A stretch of 63,573 bases of DNA, filler included, from Octopus bimaculoides (taxonomy: Eukaryota): the NCBI RefSeq assembly GCF_001194135.2. It is 4 parts of 4 records of this genome, joined end to end, with 100 filler letters (N's around TTAATTAATTAA, not from the genome) between each part and the next. Parts side by side here need not be neighbours in the genome. Positions count along the whole stretch, not along the records: positions 31,765 to 45,532 come from NC_068983.1; positions 45,633 to 62,233 come from NC_068993.1; 2 more parts are not named here. One strand, 5' to 3'. Every line of letters starts with the position of its first letter. The first letter of the stretch is position 1. The notes beneath the pieces were generated by a model. That model was given only the letters and a program-made list of their open reading frames with translations. It made no database searches and had not been told where the DNA came from. Positions 36,299 through 48,693 of the stretch are shown piece after piece. Made by a program: the position numbers and the translations under genes.

Positions 36299-37864
36299 AT
36301 ACGGAGAAAAACAAGGAGAAAAACACGGAGAAAAAAAAAACTCCCACTTGCTCTGTTTATGTGTGTGAGGAGAGAGAAAATATGTATGTCAATCATGGCC
36401 AAAAAATAAAATACACAAACGCATGCCTACATACATACATACAAACATACATACATACATACATACATACGTACATACATACATACATACATACATACAC
36501 ACATACATACATAAATGCATACGCACATACGAATAATCACCACCGGCATAAATCTGTCACTAGATTATCAAGCATTTCATACACTGAAGTAGTCTAAGGG
36601 TCGCCGGAACACGCTTTTCTTTCAGGGAGTGCATTTCATGATTAGACGGTGCGTTGATTTGCAGAATCAGTAGAGCATATTTCAAAATGCTTTACTGCGT
36701 TTATTTCTGTTCTTTTACTTCTGAGTTCAAATTACGCCGAGATCCATTTTGTCGTTCACCCTTCCGATCTCGAAAAATAAATTATTAATCCTGCACATGT
36801 GTAGTTTTACTCGACTGCTTTCTGTCTTCGTGATTATTTTAAAAACAAATATTAAGTTCAGCCGCCTTATATATAATGTACGTTTATGAAACTTTCTAGT
36901 TTATAGAATAAATCATAATAAGAATTGTATGAATAATATCATTGTGCACTTGAATAGAAGAAAAAATTATGTTAATAAAATGCAACGCCACAATTTGAAA
37001 AAAAAAATTGTATTTATAATTGCTCTGTAATTATTTTAGTTTCAAATTACGAAAGCAATCGATATATATATTGTTGAGAACTAGGAAGAAAACGGCAATA
37101 GAAAGAAGAGTAGAGAAAATTATGCAGAACAAGAAGAAAAGCTGCCATAGACCATTTTAAAAACAAAGCTACATTTTCTGTATATGAAACAAAACTGTAC
37201 AAAACCAGAAATATATTTGGCTGTGTATAACCTAGGTTTGTAAGCTGTTAAAGGATTTGTAAGCATTGTAACATTCAATGCACCTTTAGAAGTATTATGT
37301 ATAAACTGTTGAATATGATGATTTCGTTGGTGATTTCTGAATTCGGCCTGGCATATATGCATGTATGTATGTATGTATGTATGTATGTATGTATGGATGG
37401 ATGGATGGATGTATGCATGTAAGTATGTATGTAAGTATGTATGTATGTATGTATGTATGTGTGTATGCATGTAGCTATCTCTCTATGCATGTACATATGA
37501 AGGTAAAACCGAATGCTGCTTCCATATAATGAGCACCAATTGTATCGACGTAGACGATTGGACTCCTTAAATGGTTGGTCTCCGAAAAAATCCTTGATAT
37601 TTTCATGCTTATATGCATGTAAACCGAGGAGGAAAAGACATCAACTCAAGCCGGAGCTTAAGATTTCAAGAGGCTAAGTTAGCTTATCCCCATCACTTTT
37701 ACGAAACATTTGTCTGAGAAACGCAATGTTCAGTACACCTGCTTAAAATTTTGGGATCGTCATTCTCCCCAGATTAATCTCCATTAAGGATTCCAGAGTC
37801 AAAAACGTTGATCAGAATATATGTACCAGCTCTGGAATTTGACAGCATGGGTCCTAGCTGAAAA

Positions 37865-39140
37865 GTGATTCAAAAGTTACTCAAAAAGTCTCGAGGAATT
37901 TCAGTTCCAGTACCGAGACTTGTAACAGTATATAGGAACTGCTCAAATATGTTACACAATCATTGCATCAACCTGGCGTAAGTTGGAAGAAAGACAATAT
38001 AGTTAAACAATGGAGATAATCAAAAGTTTTGTAGATACGTAAGGATGAAAATTCAAAGCCCACCAGTCACTTTAGAAATATCCTGATATTTATCTTTGAA
38101 TCGATTCTATACTTCAGCACCATAGCCACACGCCCAACAGACTACGTTTTGGATAATTCCTGTGTTGATATCTCATTTGAGGAAAGATTACCACAGAAGG
38201 TTAAGGTTCATTATGGTCACAAAGTTGATTAGTGAAATACAAAAGAAGAATCGCATTTTGGCATTGCTATCGTATGAGCTTTTAAATGTCTATGTGCCCA
38301 TAACACGTAAGCTGATTAAAAAGGTCTTCGACAGGCGCCTTGTCCCTCACAGATGCAGCGATCTCATTCTGAGCAACTACTACTCTGTCACTCTAAGAGT
38401 CTCTGATATAATTAAACATCAGATTGTTGCAATTCGAGCGGAGCACTAATACTAAATATAACGTTCTAGCGAACCCTTTAAATTTGTAATTAACATAACG
38501 TTAAAATCGGCTGCAGTGCAGTACAGAATAGCATTATCCATGTCTGGTGACTGGCATCCCAGCAATATGGGACTTTGTCGGCCGACTAATTGTGATAATA
38601 ACATTGATCATTAGTGACAGATCGATCCTGAAGGTAGTTGAAGCGTTGATGATATTGGCTCGTATGAGATTCAGTTTTGTCAACTCGCTACATCACTCGT
38701 CGTATATAAGACAGGATGAGCTCCAAGTTATGCTTCTCGGTATGTAACATATAATATAATTACAGCAATCACCAAGTAAGTAATTAAGATCATAGGACAC
38801 GTGTCAAATTGCATCCAAGAAGTGAAGCCTAGCTATTAGCAGTGGACAGTAGAAAGACTTCCTGAAGTGCATCCTCAATAGTTATATACACAAGTTCTAT
38901 CCGAAAGACACTATCGCTTCAATTATGGTGGAAGTTATGAAAGCAATGACAGCCACCACTGCCCAACGGAGAAGATGATAACGTATTCAAGACTGGTTAC
39001 CAGAGACAAAAATCCAGACGTTCCACCCCAATACAATGAAGCCAATTACTGAAATACAGTGTTCTGCGATGATGGAATTATGCCGAAAAAATCAGAGTCA
39101 GACAAGAAGTCATCCCATTTAAGTGGCGTGCAGCGTCTTC
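37865..39140 (+). mobile_element. Very degraded mariner-like relic
   Basis: TIR-like start TCAAAAAGTCTCGAGGAATT; RLVTRDK resembles RIVTGDE; no intact ORF. Confidence 0.3.
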
Positions 39141-39209
39141 AGTGAAGCATAGAACATGTTGAGCATCATAGATACTCACATACACAAACACATATATGTA
39201 TGTATGTGT

Positions 39210-39242
<33 letters not shown>

Positions 39243-39958
39243 NNNNNNNNNNNNNNNNNNNNNNNNNNNNNNNNNNNNNNNNNNNNNNNNNNNNNNNNNN
39301 NNNNNNNNNNNNNNNNNNNNNNNNNNNNNNNNNNNNNNNNNNNNNNNNNNNNNNNNNNNNNNNNNNNNNNNNNNNNNNNNNNNNNNNNNNNNNNNNNNNN
39401 NNNNNNNNNNNNNNNNNNNNNNNNNNNNNNNNNNNNNNNNNNNNNNNNNNNNNNNNNNNNNNNNNNNNNNNNNNNNNNNNNNNNNNNNNNNNNNNNNNNN
39501 NNNNNNNNNNNNNNNNNNNNNNNNNNNNNNNNNNNNNNNNNNNNNNNNNNNNNNNNNNNNNNNNNNNNNNNNNNNNNNNNNNNNNNNNNNNNNNNNNNNN
39601 NNNNNNNNNNNNNNNNNNNNNNNNNNNNNNNNNNNNNNNNNNNNNNNNNNNNNNNNNNNNNNNNNNNNNNNNNNNNNNNNNNNNNNNNNNNNNNNNNNNN
39701 NNNNNNNNNNNNNNNNNNNNNNNNNNNNNNNNNNNNNNNNNNNNNNNNNNNNNNNNNNNNNNNNNNNNNNNNNNNNNNNNNNNNNNNNNNNNNNNNNNNN
39801 NNNNNNNNNNNNNNNNNNNNNNNNNNNNNNNNNNNNNNNNNNNNNNNNNNNNNNNNNNNNNNNNNNNNNNNNNNNNNNNNNNNNNNNNNNNNNNNNNNNN
39901 NNNNNNNNNNNNNNNNNNNNNNNNNNNNNNNNNNNNNNNNNNNNNNNNNNNNNNNNNN

Positions 39959-39994
<36 letters not shown>

Positions 39995-40594
39995 TTACAT
40001 ACATATATAAATTTCCTGTCTCTCTATGTATCTTTTCTTTGTTTATTAAATCGAGTCCCCACAATCACACAGACAGCATATTGAAAGCAAAAGATCTGTG
40101 TCAGAAAATTACATATATAAGTATACAGTAGCATAAACATCTAAGGATACTAAACTTAAGTTAATGACAATTTTGTATTGACAAACCTGTCTGGTACATT
40201 AATAACTTTTCTATATTTATAGACTAAAATTTCCCCGCCTACTTAGACACCAATATATTAAAAACATTGTCAATATAAGCCAACATTTTCCATTTTTATA
40301 CACCTACCTATGTGCTAATAATTTATTTTATATACAGCTGCATATCTATTTATATATACGTGTGTTTGTGTATTTGTGTGTTAAAGGAGGAGATTAGTGT
40401 ATAATATGTATGAATATTTCCAGTAAATCTGTATAAATTAGTAGTAGAAGACAACATAGAAATTGGATCGATATATAAACATGAATTACTCCAGAATATG
40501 TTGTACTATATATATAAATACTTGTGTATATATGTCTCTATTGATCCAGCTATATCTATCTACCGCTCTATCTATCTGCACAAAGACACACACA

Positions 40595-40636
<42 letters not shown>

Positions 40637-40745
40637 CTCTCTCTCTCTCTCACTCTCTATCTATCTATCCCTCTCACATAAACAAACACGTGTATATATT
40701 TGTAAATACATATATATATATATATGTGCGTGTGTGTGTGTGTGT

Positions 40746-40783
<38 letters not shown>

Positions 40784-41049
40784 GTGGTGTTTGCTCACAT
40801 ATATGAATATATGATGGACTCTGCCACCGAATAGGACATTTGGTGAGTGATCTGCGCTGATGAATTGTTTATAGTGATCAAATGTGTGGGTTGTCCGTTA
40901 TCTCACTACCTCCATCAACTCGACTTTGTCTGAACAGGTGCACGGTGTAACATGCATCAGGTGCTGAAGTCATTGCAAAGCAGCATGAGATGAAGTGTTT
41001 TCTTGCAAAACAACGCACCTCCCGTCTTTACACAAACACACATATAATA

Positions 41050-42360
41050 TATACGCGTGAATCGTCTAAGAGACCATAAATCATGCAAAAGTTGTACTCG
41101 TATATCCATCAATAGATTGGGTATATTATCCGAAATGTATTAGATACCCATCACGGCTGATTTTACAAATCGTTTGGAGTGTTAGGTAAAAAAAGAACTA
41201 ATTATATAATTTTACGCTCATCACAGTTAGCCGATATGAAGGGAAAACTTGGTGGAACGAAAAAGGGGCCAGCGGATTAGTTTAGGAGTTTTGTCCCTTG
41301 GTTTGGTGTACTATGAAGCCTCGAAGCGTTGTATTGACGTGGGAAAAGTGTGTATTATTAATGGAGTGCACCTGTGAGGATAGGGTGTGCAGTGTGTATA
41401 GCGGTGTCATATGCATATTTTTTTTCCGGGGAGTGTAGGTTTGCTTTCTTCCTGTGAAGGATAAAGTCGTGGGTGGGTTATGTTAGCGTGCAGTGTGTAA
41501 TGTGTGCGCGGGGCGGTCTGTGTACATGGTGGGGTACAATTTGTGTATATATAGATACTTAGGGTGGGGTTGGTTGTGGCTATTCCCTCCTATGGGGAAT
41601 TTAGGCTTTGGTAAATAAAAAAAACAAATTGTGTGAAGGTGTATATGTTGGGGGGTGTATTTTGTTCGGTGTCTGCCTTATAGGGTTGTCCGTGTGTGTA
41701 CTTGGTTGCCTTGAAGTGTGCTTTGATCAAACTCCTTTTACTTTCCTCAAGAACATTGGTGGAAGGTCATTTGCAGAAGGTGGAGGCAGGGGATCTGTGC
41801 TTGTAGTCATGGTGGGGCGCACAGTTACGATAGAATGTAATTCCTTTCATGCGGGCAAGGATTAATCACCTCAGTCCTGCTATTCAGGTAAACATCTGGA
41901 CATTGGGTACCTTTTAAAATTGCTTTCTTCTCAGCCAGGCATAGTCGGCACTTCCTGCTGTTATTGAAGTATGGTTTGATTTTTTCCAGGATCTTCCACT
42001 TTATGCTGTATTCCGTGGCACTTCCTTTCAAATTCCAGACGCGCTTGGCTAGGGTTGTGGTGATACGTCTCTCCCTCTCTGGGATGTTGAATGAGGACTT
42101 TTTTGTGGCAACTGAAAAGTAAAAGATTCACCAAGTTAAATACAACCAGCCAGATATTGTTGTGTGCGGGGCACAAAGGGAAGATATTTTCTGTTGTGAA
42201 AATCAGATTATTTCTGGATACCAATGTGGTGAGAAAATTACAGATTGAAAGACGACATCTATGGAATACTGACAAGCAGTTTCAAATCCAGTACCCAGCT
42301 ACAGGTTTCTTATTGGAGCAACGATATACACATCAACCCGCCTGGAACAAAGTATAGCTG
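41050..42360 (-). mobile_element. Penelope-like element: GIY-YIG endonuclease C-terminus plus 3' pLTR
   Basis: TTTLAKRVWNLKGSATEYSIKWKILEKIKPYFNNSRKCRLCLAEKKAIL..LNSRTEVINPCPH is the characteristic PLE GIY-YIG tail; decayed TGATGAGCGTAA core at about 41213-41225. Confidence 0.88.
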
Positions 42361-42590
42361 CATTTGGAAGCTTAGGAGGAGAATGCACATCCTTAACCAA
42401 TATGCTACAAATGATTAGGATATCTGGGATTATGAAAATATGCAATGTTTTAAGATTTAAAGGATGGTGGTTAAAACCAAATGTTTTGTTTCAAATTCTT
42501 GCTACCAAGAAGTTGGCCGGTCAATATTTTCGCTAAATTAAAAATAACAATAAAGCAAATACGCATACATACATACATACATACATACAT

Positions 42591-43488
42591 GGAAAGGATG
42601 AGCCTATATGAGCAAAAGATTATGTGTGGGTATATTAGTAGAAAGCACCGTGATGATAGCAACAGCGATCATCAAAGCAGTTTATAATGGACCAATAATC
42701 AGATTACCCCCTCCTACTTTGAAGGGTATGCGTTTCCAAACCAGAAACAGGAAATATCAACCAAGTAACTGATGCAGAAAAAGGATAGAGATGCAGGTAA
42801 AGCAGTAAAGTGTGACGACCGATGCAGACTTTGTGGAGTTCACACAGAAGATATCACTCACATCATAAGCTGCTGTCTGAAAATGTCATCACGGTATTAT
42901 CTACCGATGATACATGATGTTGTAGCTAGAACACTCTGTAATGAAATCCGTCGGAAAGATAATCCCGTGGACAAAGAAATAAGAACCCACAATATGATAG
43001 AAGCCATAGCCACTCATAATAAAACGAAATACTGTTGGAATGTCCCAGTGAAGACCTCAATAAAATATAAGCACAACAGACCTCATATAATGATTTGGGA
43101 TAGAGAAGAGAAACTGTTCACAGTTGTAGAAATTAGCTGCTCAGTGGATGTTAACATAAAGCTGAAAATCAGTGAAAAAGAGAATACCTACGTTGAACTA
43201 TTGAGAAATCTGCAATTACTCTATCCAGATTACATGCTCAGGTTTATACCTGTAATCATTGGTGCCGTTGGATATGTAACACACAGCCTAAATACCAATC
43301 TTGAGAAATTAGGCTTCTGAAAACCGAAAAGGAGAAAGCTAATTCGAAGACTAGAAATCCAATCCATTACTGGAACAGTAAAAATCTGTAAAACTTTCCA
43401 GGAGTTTATCATTTAAATATTTATAAGAGCATTCTAGAAATGCAACTACATGCATGAGAATACATACGTAAAAAATACAAGTCTGCAC
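42591..43488 (+). mobile_element. R4/Dong-like RLE LINE, 5'-truncated, inside a (CATA)n array
   Basis: FEGYAF..QEISTK; CCHC knuckle CRLCGVHTEDITHIISCC; HNRPHIMIWDREEK..VVEISC RLE; (CATA)n at 42563-42590 and 43489-43570. Confidence 0.92.
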
Positions 43489-45100
43489 ATACATACATAT
43501 ATACATACATACATACATACATATATACATACATGCATACATACCTAAGTACATACGTACATACATACAAAAATTCCCTCATGTTGATGCTTAAATTCCA
43601 ATGCAGGAACCTTGAATCAAGGTTAGAAACCGGTTCTTTATTGGCAAAAAATCTTGAAATCAACTGAATAATGACATACATATATACTTACACATAAATT
43701 GTCGGCAACTTCTCCACTAGAAAAAATGTAGCCAGCTGTATAGGTGAGCAACAAAGTCTGAATCCGTCAAGACATCCCACGCGAGCATTTGAGCGACGTG
43801 CCGGTGATAAAAACGGATATATTCGCTTGGAAAAAGACGTCTATCTCGAATGGTTACAAGCTTTGTTGCAAAGTTGTGTCTTCTGCTAACCTATCCAATT
43901 TAACCCTTTTCGTTCTGTTGTAAACCATGCTATAAAACGCAGTCGTTGATATGTGCCTAATAGTTGTTAAGTCTTATGATCCGAACAACGTATTCAAGTC
44001 CAATGAACGTATTCAATGAACGACAATGATCGCCAACCATCAAAGGACGTATTAGCAGTAGAGAGTCTATGGATGAACCGGACAGATACTGACACACTTT
44101 ATAGTGTGTCTTATTTTAATTTATTGTACTCTTCTCTTTCTTTATACTTTGTATTTTTTCTCATTTATTTCCTACATTTATCCCAATCTAGCAACTTGAT
44201 CTATTCTTTGCGGTTCCTCATTCCCCGACAACGCATCTTAAATACGACATGTATCAACAACTCTAGTTAAGCTTAAGTTTGAAGCGTCAATTACGTAAAA
44301 GAAACCAAGTTATATCAACTGAAGAGGTGCATCTGCACTCCGGTGTACATTGGAATTAATTGCATCGTTTCGCACTCAAGAGAGCGTTGCAGGGTGTGAC
44401 TAAACGATAGTTTTGATAAATAAAGTTCTCAGTATAATCTGTCATCCGTATAAATTGTTTCCACTATACTCAACGTGTACTGTGGAGTTCCTAACGTAGA
44501 TCCAGCGAAGATTTGCAATCATCGTGGGTGACACCATTTAGCCAGAAGCAGAGAGCGTAATTTGGCGGCATACTACCAGGAACATAACCAAACCGCAATT
44601 TAAAATTCAAAATTTAAATTGAAATCTAAACTTTAATTATATATATATATANNNNNNNNNNNNNNNNNNNNNNNNNNNNNNNNNNNNNNNNNNNNNNNNN
44701 NNNNNNNNNNNNNNNNNNNNNNNNNNNNNNNNNNNNNNNNNNNNNNNNNNNNNNNNNNNNNNNNNNNNNNNNNNNNNNNNNNNNNNNNNNNNNNNNNNNN
44801 NNNNNNNNNNNNNNNNNNNNNNNNNNNNNNNNNNNNNNNNNNNNNNNNNNNNNNNNNNNNNNNNNNNNNNNNNNNNNNNNNNNNNNNNNNNNNNNNNNNN
44901 NNNNNNNNNNNNNNNNNNNNNNNNNNNNNNNNNNNNNNNNNNNNNNNNNNNNNNNNNNNNNNNNNNNNNNNNNNNNNNNNNNNNNNNNNNNNNNNNNNNN
45001 NNNNNNNNNNNNNNNNNNNNNNNNNNNNNNNNNNNNNNNNNNNNNNNNNNNNNNNNNNNNNNNNNNNNNNNNNNNNNNNNNNNNNNNNNNNNNNNNNNNN

Positions 45101-45532
45101 AGGATGTGGGTGTAAGGAATTGGATGGGGTGGAGTGGGAAGGTAGAGTAGGAGTGTGTTGGGGTGTGGTGGGATGAGCTTATGAGGGAGGGTTGATGATG
45201 AAGGGGGAGGGGTGGCGATGAAGGGGGAAGGGGAAGGTGGATATAAGAGGGGGAGAAGGTGGGTATGGGAGGAGGGAGAAAGAGGGGAAGAGAAAGAGAG
45301 TAAGAGAGAAGAGAATGAGAGAGAGAAGGAGTAAGAGAGAAGAGAGTGAGAGAGAGTAAGATAGTAAGAGTGAGAGAGGGGAGAGTAAGAGAGAAGAGAG
45401 TGAGAGAGGGTGAGAGAGAGTAAGAGAGTAAGATAGTAAGAGAGGGGAGAGAAAGAGTAGGGGTGAGGAGAAGCAGGAGTGAAGAGAAGTAGGAGTAAAG
45501 AGAAGTAGGAATGAAGAGAAGTAGGAGTCGGA
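45101..45532. repeat. Purine-rich low-complexity tract (G/A on the + strand)
   Basis: Direct; lies between a gap and a linker. Confidence 0.8.
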
Positions 45533-45632
45533 NNNNNNNNNNNNNNNNNNNNNNNNNNNNNNNNNNNNNNNNNNNNTTAATTAATTAANNNNNNNNNNNN
45601 NNNNNNNNNNNNNNNNNNNNNNNNNNNNNNNN
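45533..45632. other. Artificial scaffold-join linker
   Basis: 44 N + TTAATTAATTAA + 44 N. Confidence 0.95.
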
Positions 45633-45637
45633 TAGAT

Positions 45638-45672
<35 letters not shown>

Positions 45673-45711
45673 CATACGTATATACGTACATATACATTTA
45701 TATATACACAC

Positions 45712-45780
<69 letters not shown>

Positions 45781-45829
45781 TATGTGTGTGTGTGTATATG
45801 TTTTCCACATATAAAGAGATGATTGGCAC

Positions 45830-46060
45830 AAAAGCGTGTCTTACAAAGGGAGACAGCATAGGGTTTCCATCCAGGGCTATCGATAACTGGAACTTCCATG
45901 GTATATGTCACTGTTACCTTGATGTTATCCGCATACGCCGACATAGCTTTCCGCATCCCAGTTCGAAAAGGATGCCCTTTAACAGTTCTAGCTTTCGCTA
46001 CCAGTCAATAGAATTTCCATTCTGCAATATATACAGAACAAGATATAAGTAGATGACAAC
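45830..46060 (-). mobile_element. Tx1/L1-like RT fragment
   Basis: ..LYI..MEILL..LELLKGI..MSAYADNIKVTV (degenerate YADD motif). Confidence 0.65.
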
Positions 46061-47962
46061 GATATTCTCGGGGCGTCAGTGAGTGCTGTGTTGTCTATTG
46101 TGTCTTTGTCAAAGGTGGTAGAATATATTTCATCCGATTTTGTTGCTATTTCTAAGAGTATATCTAACCGTAAAGAGGCTATTTCCTTAACTTGTTTCAG
46201 GTGCTGCTGTTGGTATTTGTTTTGCTGTGGTTTTAGTGGTTGCTGACGGCAGGTTTGTTTCTGAATCGGGGCTGGTTATTTGAGCCCGGATGATCTCATC
46301 TTATGTTTGGGATAATGTATCTTGAATTTCCTCAATGTGTCTTTGATAAGAGAGTAGCTTGAGAGAGACATGGCTTCTGTTTCTTGCGTGTCAAGCAAAC
46401 ATGTGGCGGTTCCGTTCCATCGTTGACCTACTGCATTCATGATATACGATCTGTGTTATAGTAGAATTACAGAACATTGCTCTCTACTCTATGACGTCAA
46501 TGAATATTTTGCATGAGTTTAGCTAGTATTAAGTTACATGTTCTCTTTATGACAAGAAGCAAGTTAAGCTATTAATTGTGACCCAACTTCTTCCATGTCA
46601 ATGATATCAATCTTTTATATCATCCTAGCGACATAAATTGCTTCTCTAAAGTGTGACGAAAAAGAAAATAAGACTCCTACAAATGAATCATATATAAGAG
46701 AAAGAAACAGATTGATGACAAAATATATCCTTTACATCAAATGTAGATGTCAAATTCCACTTCTGTATGACAGAATCATGAAATAATATTTTTAAAAAAC
46801 TTATCCATAGAACTGACTGTTGGTGTAGGATCAGAAGGGATTTGTCATAATTTCTAAAATCTTATTCTATCAACATAATATGGAAAGATAGACATATAGA
46901 TCTTTCTTTGAGATACAATTAGATGATTGTATTAATCTATTAAATATACATTTTTCATGCGTCAGCTATGATTCTGCATTATGATGGCATAGAGGAATGT
47001 TATGTTTTACGTCTTTTATATGATTGTTTTAGTCAGGTTAGACGCTGTATGTTTCCTCGTCGTACAAACCAACAGTGTCCTTTCAACAATAACTACGTCT
47101 TTTTATTCAGTTAAGGAGCCATTGTTCTTCCACTGTTGAGTATGGGTCACTATGACATATCATCAAAGCCTCGTATCCTGTTGACGTCACTATGTGTCCG
47201 TGGTAAAGAGATCTAATTTTACTGACACTGTCCCTATCCTTTACCCTTCTTAATCCCTATCTTTCAAATAATACTTGTAGGGAGAGAAATATTTAAGACT
47301 TTGGTATGTATGGGGGTTAACTCTTGAGTAAAATGTTCGATGGTGATTGATTGAAAATTGCCAGAACCAGTGGCCTTGTTAGGTTAAAATACCAATGGGA
47401 TTTGGAGCTGCTTAGTTCCTTAGTTAGCCCTGATCGGGTAGAAATGAAGGATATCACAACAATGATCATCCCGTCTTTCCTTTCAAAGATAATATATACG
47501 GGATTGAATCCTTCAATGTAATATGTATATTTTGGGGAGATTAGGTAATCCGATTGAGAGAAGTTTGGTTAGTTATTCTTTGTTGCACGTCGAATAAGTA
47601 TGTAGAATTTCTCTGTCGTTGGATATTTTTTCTCATTTGGCTCATATGAGTATGTGTTGTTGAAGCCAGTAAATGGCACATTTGCTGTGCCATTTACATT
47701 TGCAAATTAACCTGTCTTTGCAAACTATAATTGCAAAATATAATAAAGTTTTTGATATATCATATCAACAGAAAATTTTAGAACATAACGAAATAAAAAC
47801 TAGCAAAAAGTCAAAAGTGAAAGTAAATCGAAAGCTATTGATCTATGTCACTTTACAGCCTACATTAAATTTCCATTAGAATCTATTTTTTCTTTCATTT
47901 TTCGGGCAGTCAATAAAATAAATCTCCATCTAGATGTTGAAATCAAATATTCGACAACATAC

Positions 47963-48162
47963 TTCCCATCCCTCCAGGAATTTCTGATCATGTACAAATA
48001 TCATGTAGAACTCTCCACTAAACTCCTTATGAATAAATCCAGAAGGGAACGAGTTTAGTTGCATATCACTGGACATGTGATAAAATAGGTCCTCTTTTTC
48101 CCCACTCGATAAGGCCACCAGTCCTGACAATTTCAAAAACTGGTCTCTATCCTTGCGAAAGT
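47963..48162 (-). CDS. Candidate internal exon of an unidentified gene (200 nt, phase 1-0)
   Basis: Acceptor gtaattttaag, donor GAA|gtatgt; 66 open codons FRKDRDQFLKLSGLVALSSGEKEDLFYHMSS..FYMIFVHDQKFLEGWE, with in-frame stops just outside both splice sites. Confidence 0.5.
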
Positions 48163-48609
48163 CTTAAAATTACTGCTCTATACAGGAATCTATCGAAAGC
48201 TCCAGACCTTTTTGTTGACTATGAGATTTAAACTCAGAAAAGTAAAACAGACACAACAAAATACCGCCACAAGGCATTTTAGCGACGCTTAACCGTTTGT
48301 CATTTTGTATATAGCAATAAAATAGAATTCATGTTTTTTTTTTACTTGTTGCAAAGCCCACAGTTTGGTGGAAGGTTTGAAATGAGAGAGGGCGGCGTCT
48401 ATACTTTTTTCAAGTATATCAGATACATAGGTGAAATGATTATGTAGAGCTGTTCGAATAATAACGTTCTTTCTCTCAGATTTGAATTTTGTAAAAATAA
48501 TTTACCCTTTTTAAAGTGGCTCCATGAAGAGAATGGGGAAGAGGAGTAGTAACGAAGGGAGATTCAAGAGACGAAGAATGGGGGGGGGGCAGAAAAAAGG
48601 AAGTGGACA

Positions 48610-48693
48610 AGAAGAAGAAGAAGAAGAAGAAGAAGAAGAAGAAGAAGAAGAAGAAGAAGAAGAAGAAGAAGAAGAAGAAGAAGAAGAAGAAGA
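48610..48693. repeat. (GAA)n microsatellite
   Basis: Direct. Confidence 0.95.

Noticed and set aside
43740-43890. Short GC-richer open frames on both strands (..FERRAGDKNGYIRLEKDV..)
   Set aside because: No recognisable family, start codon or splice sites; checked for TnpB/Fanzor-type motifs and none was evident.
44315-44400. Two hammerhead-like hairpins (CTGAAGA-GGTGCA/TGCACT; GAGTGC-GAAAC on the minus strand)
   Set aside because: Each has only half of the conserved core and no stem I.
45101-45532. G-quadruplex/triplex regulatory element
   Set aside because: Low-complexity contig end next to gaps; sequence reliability is doubtful.
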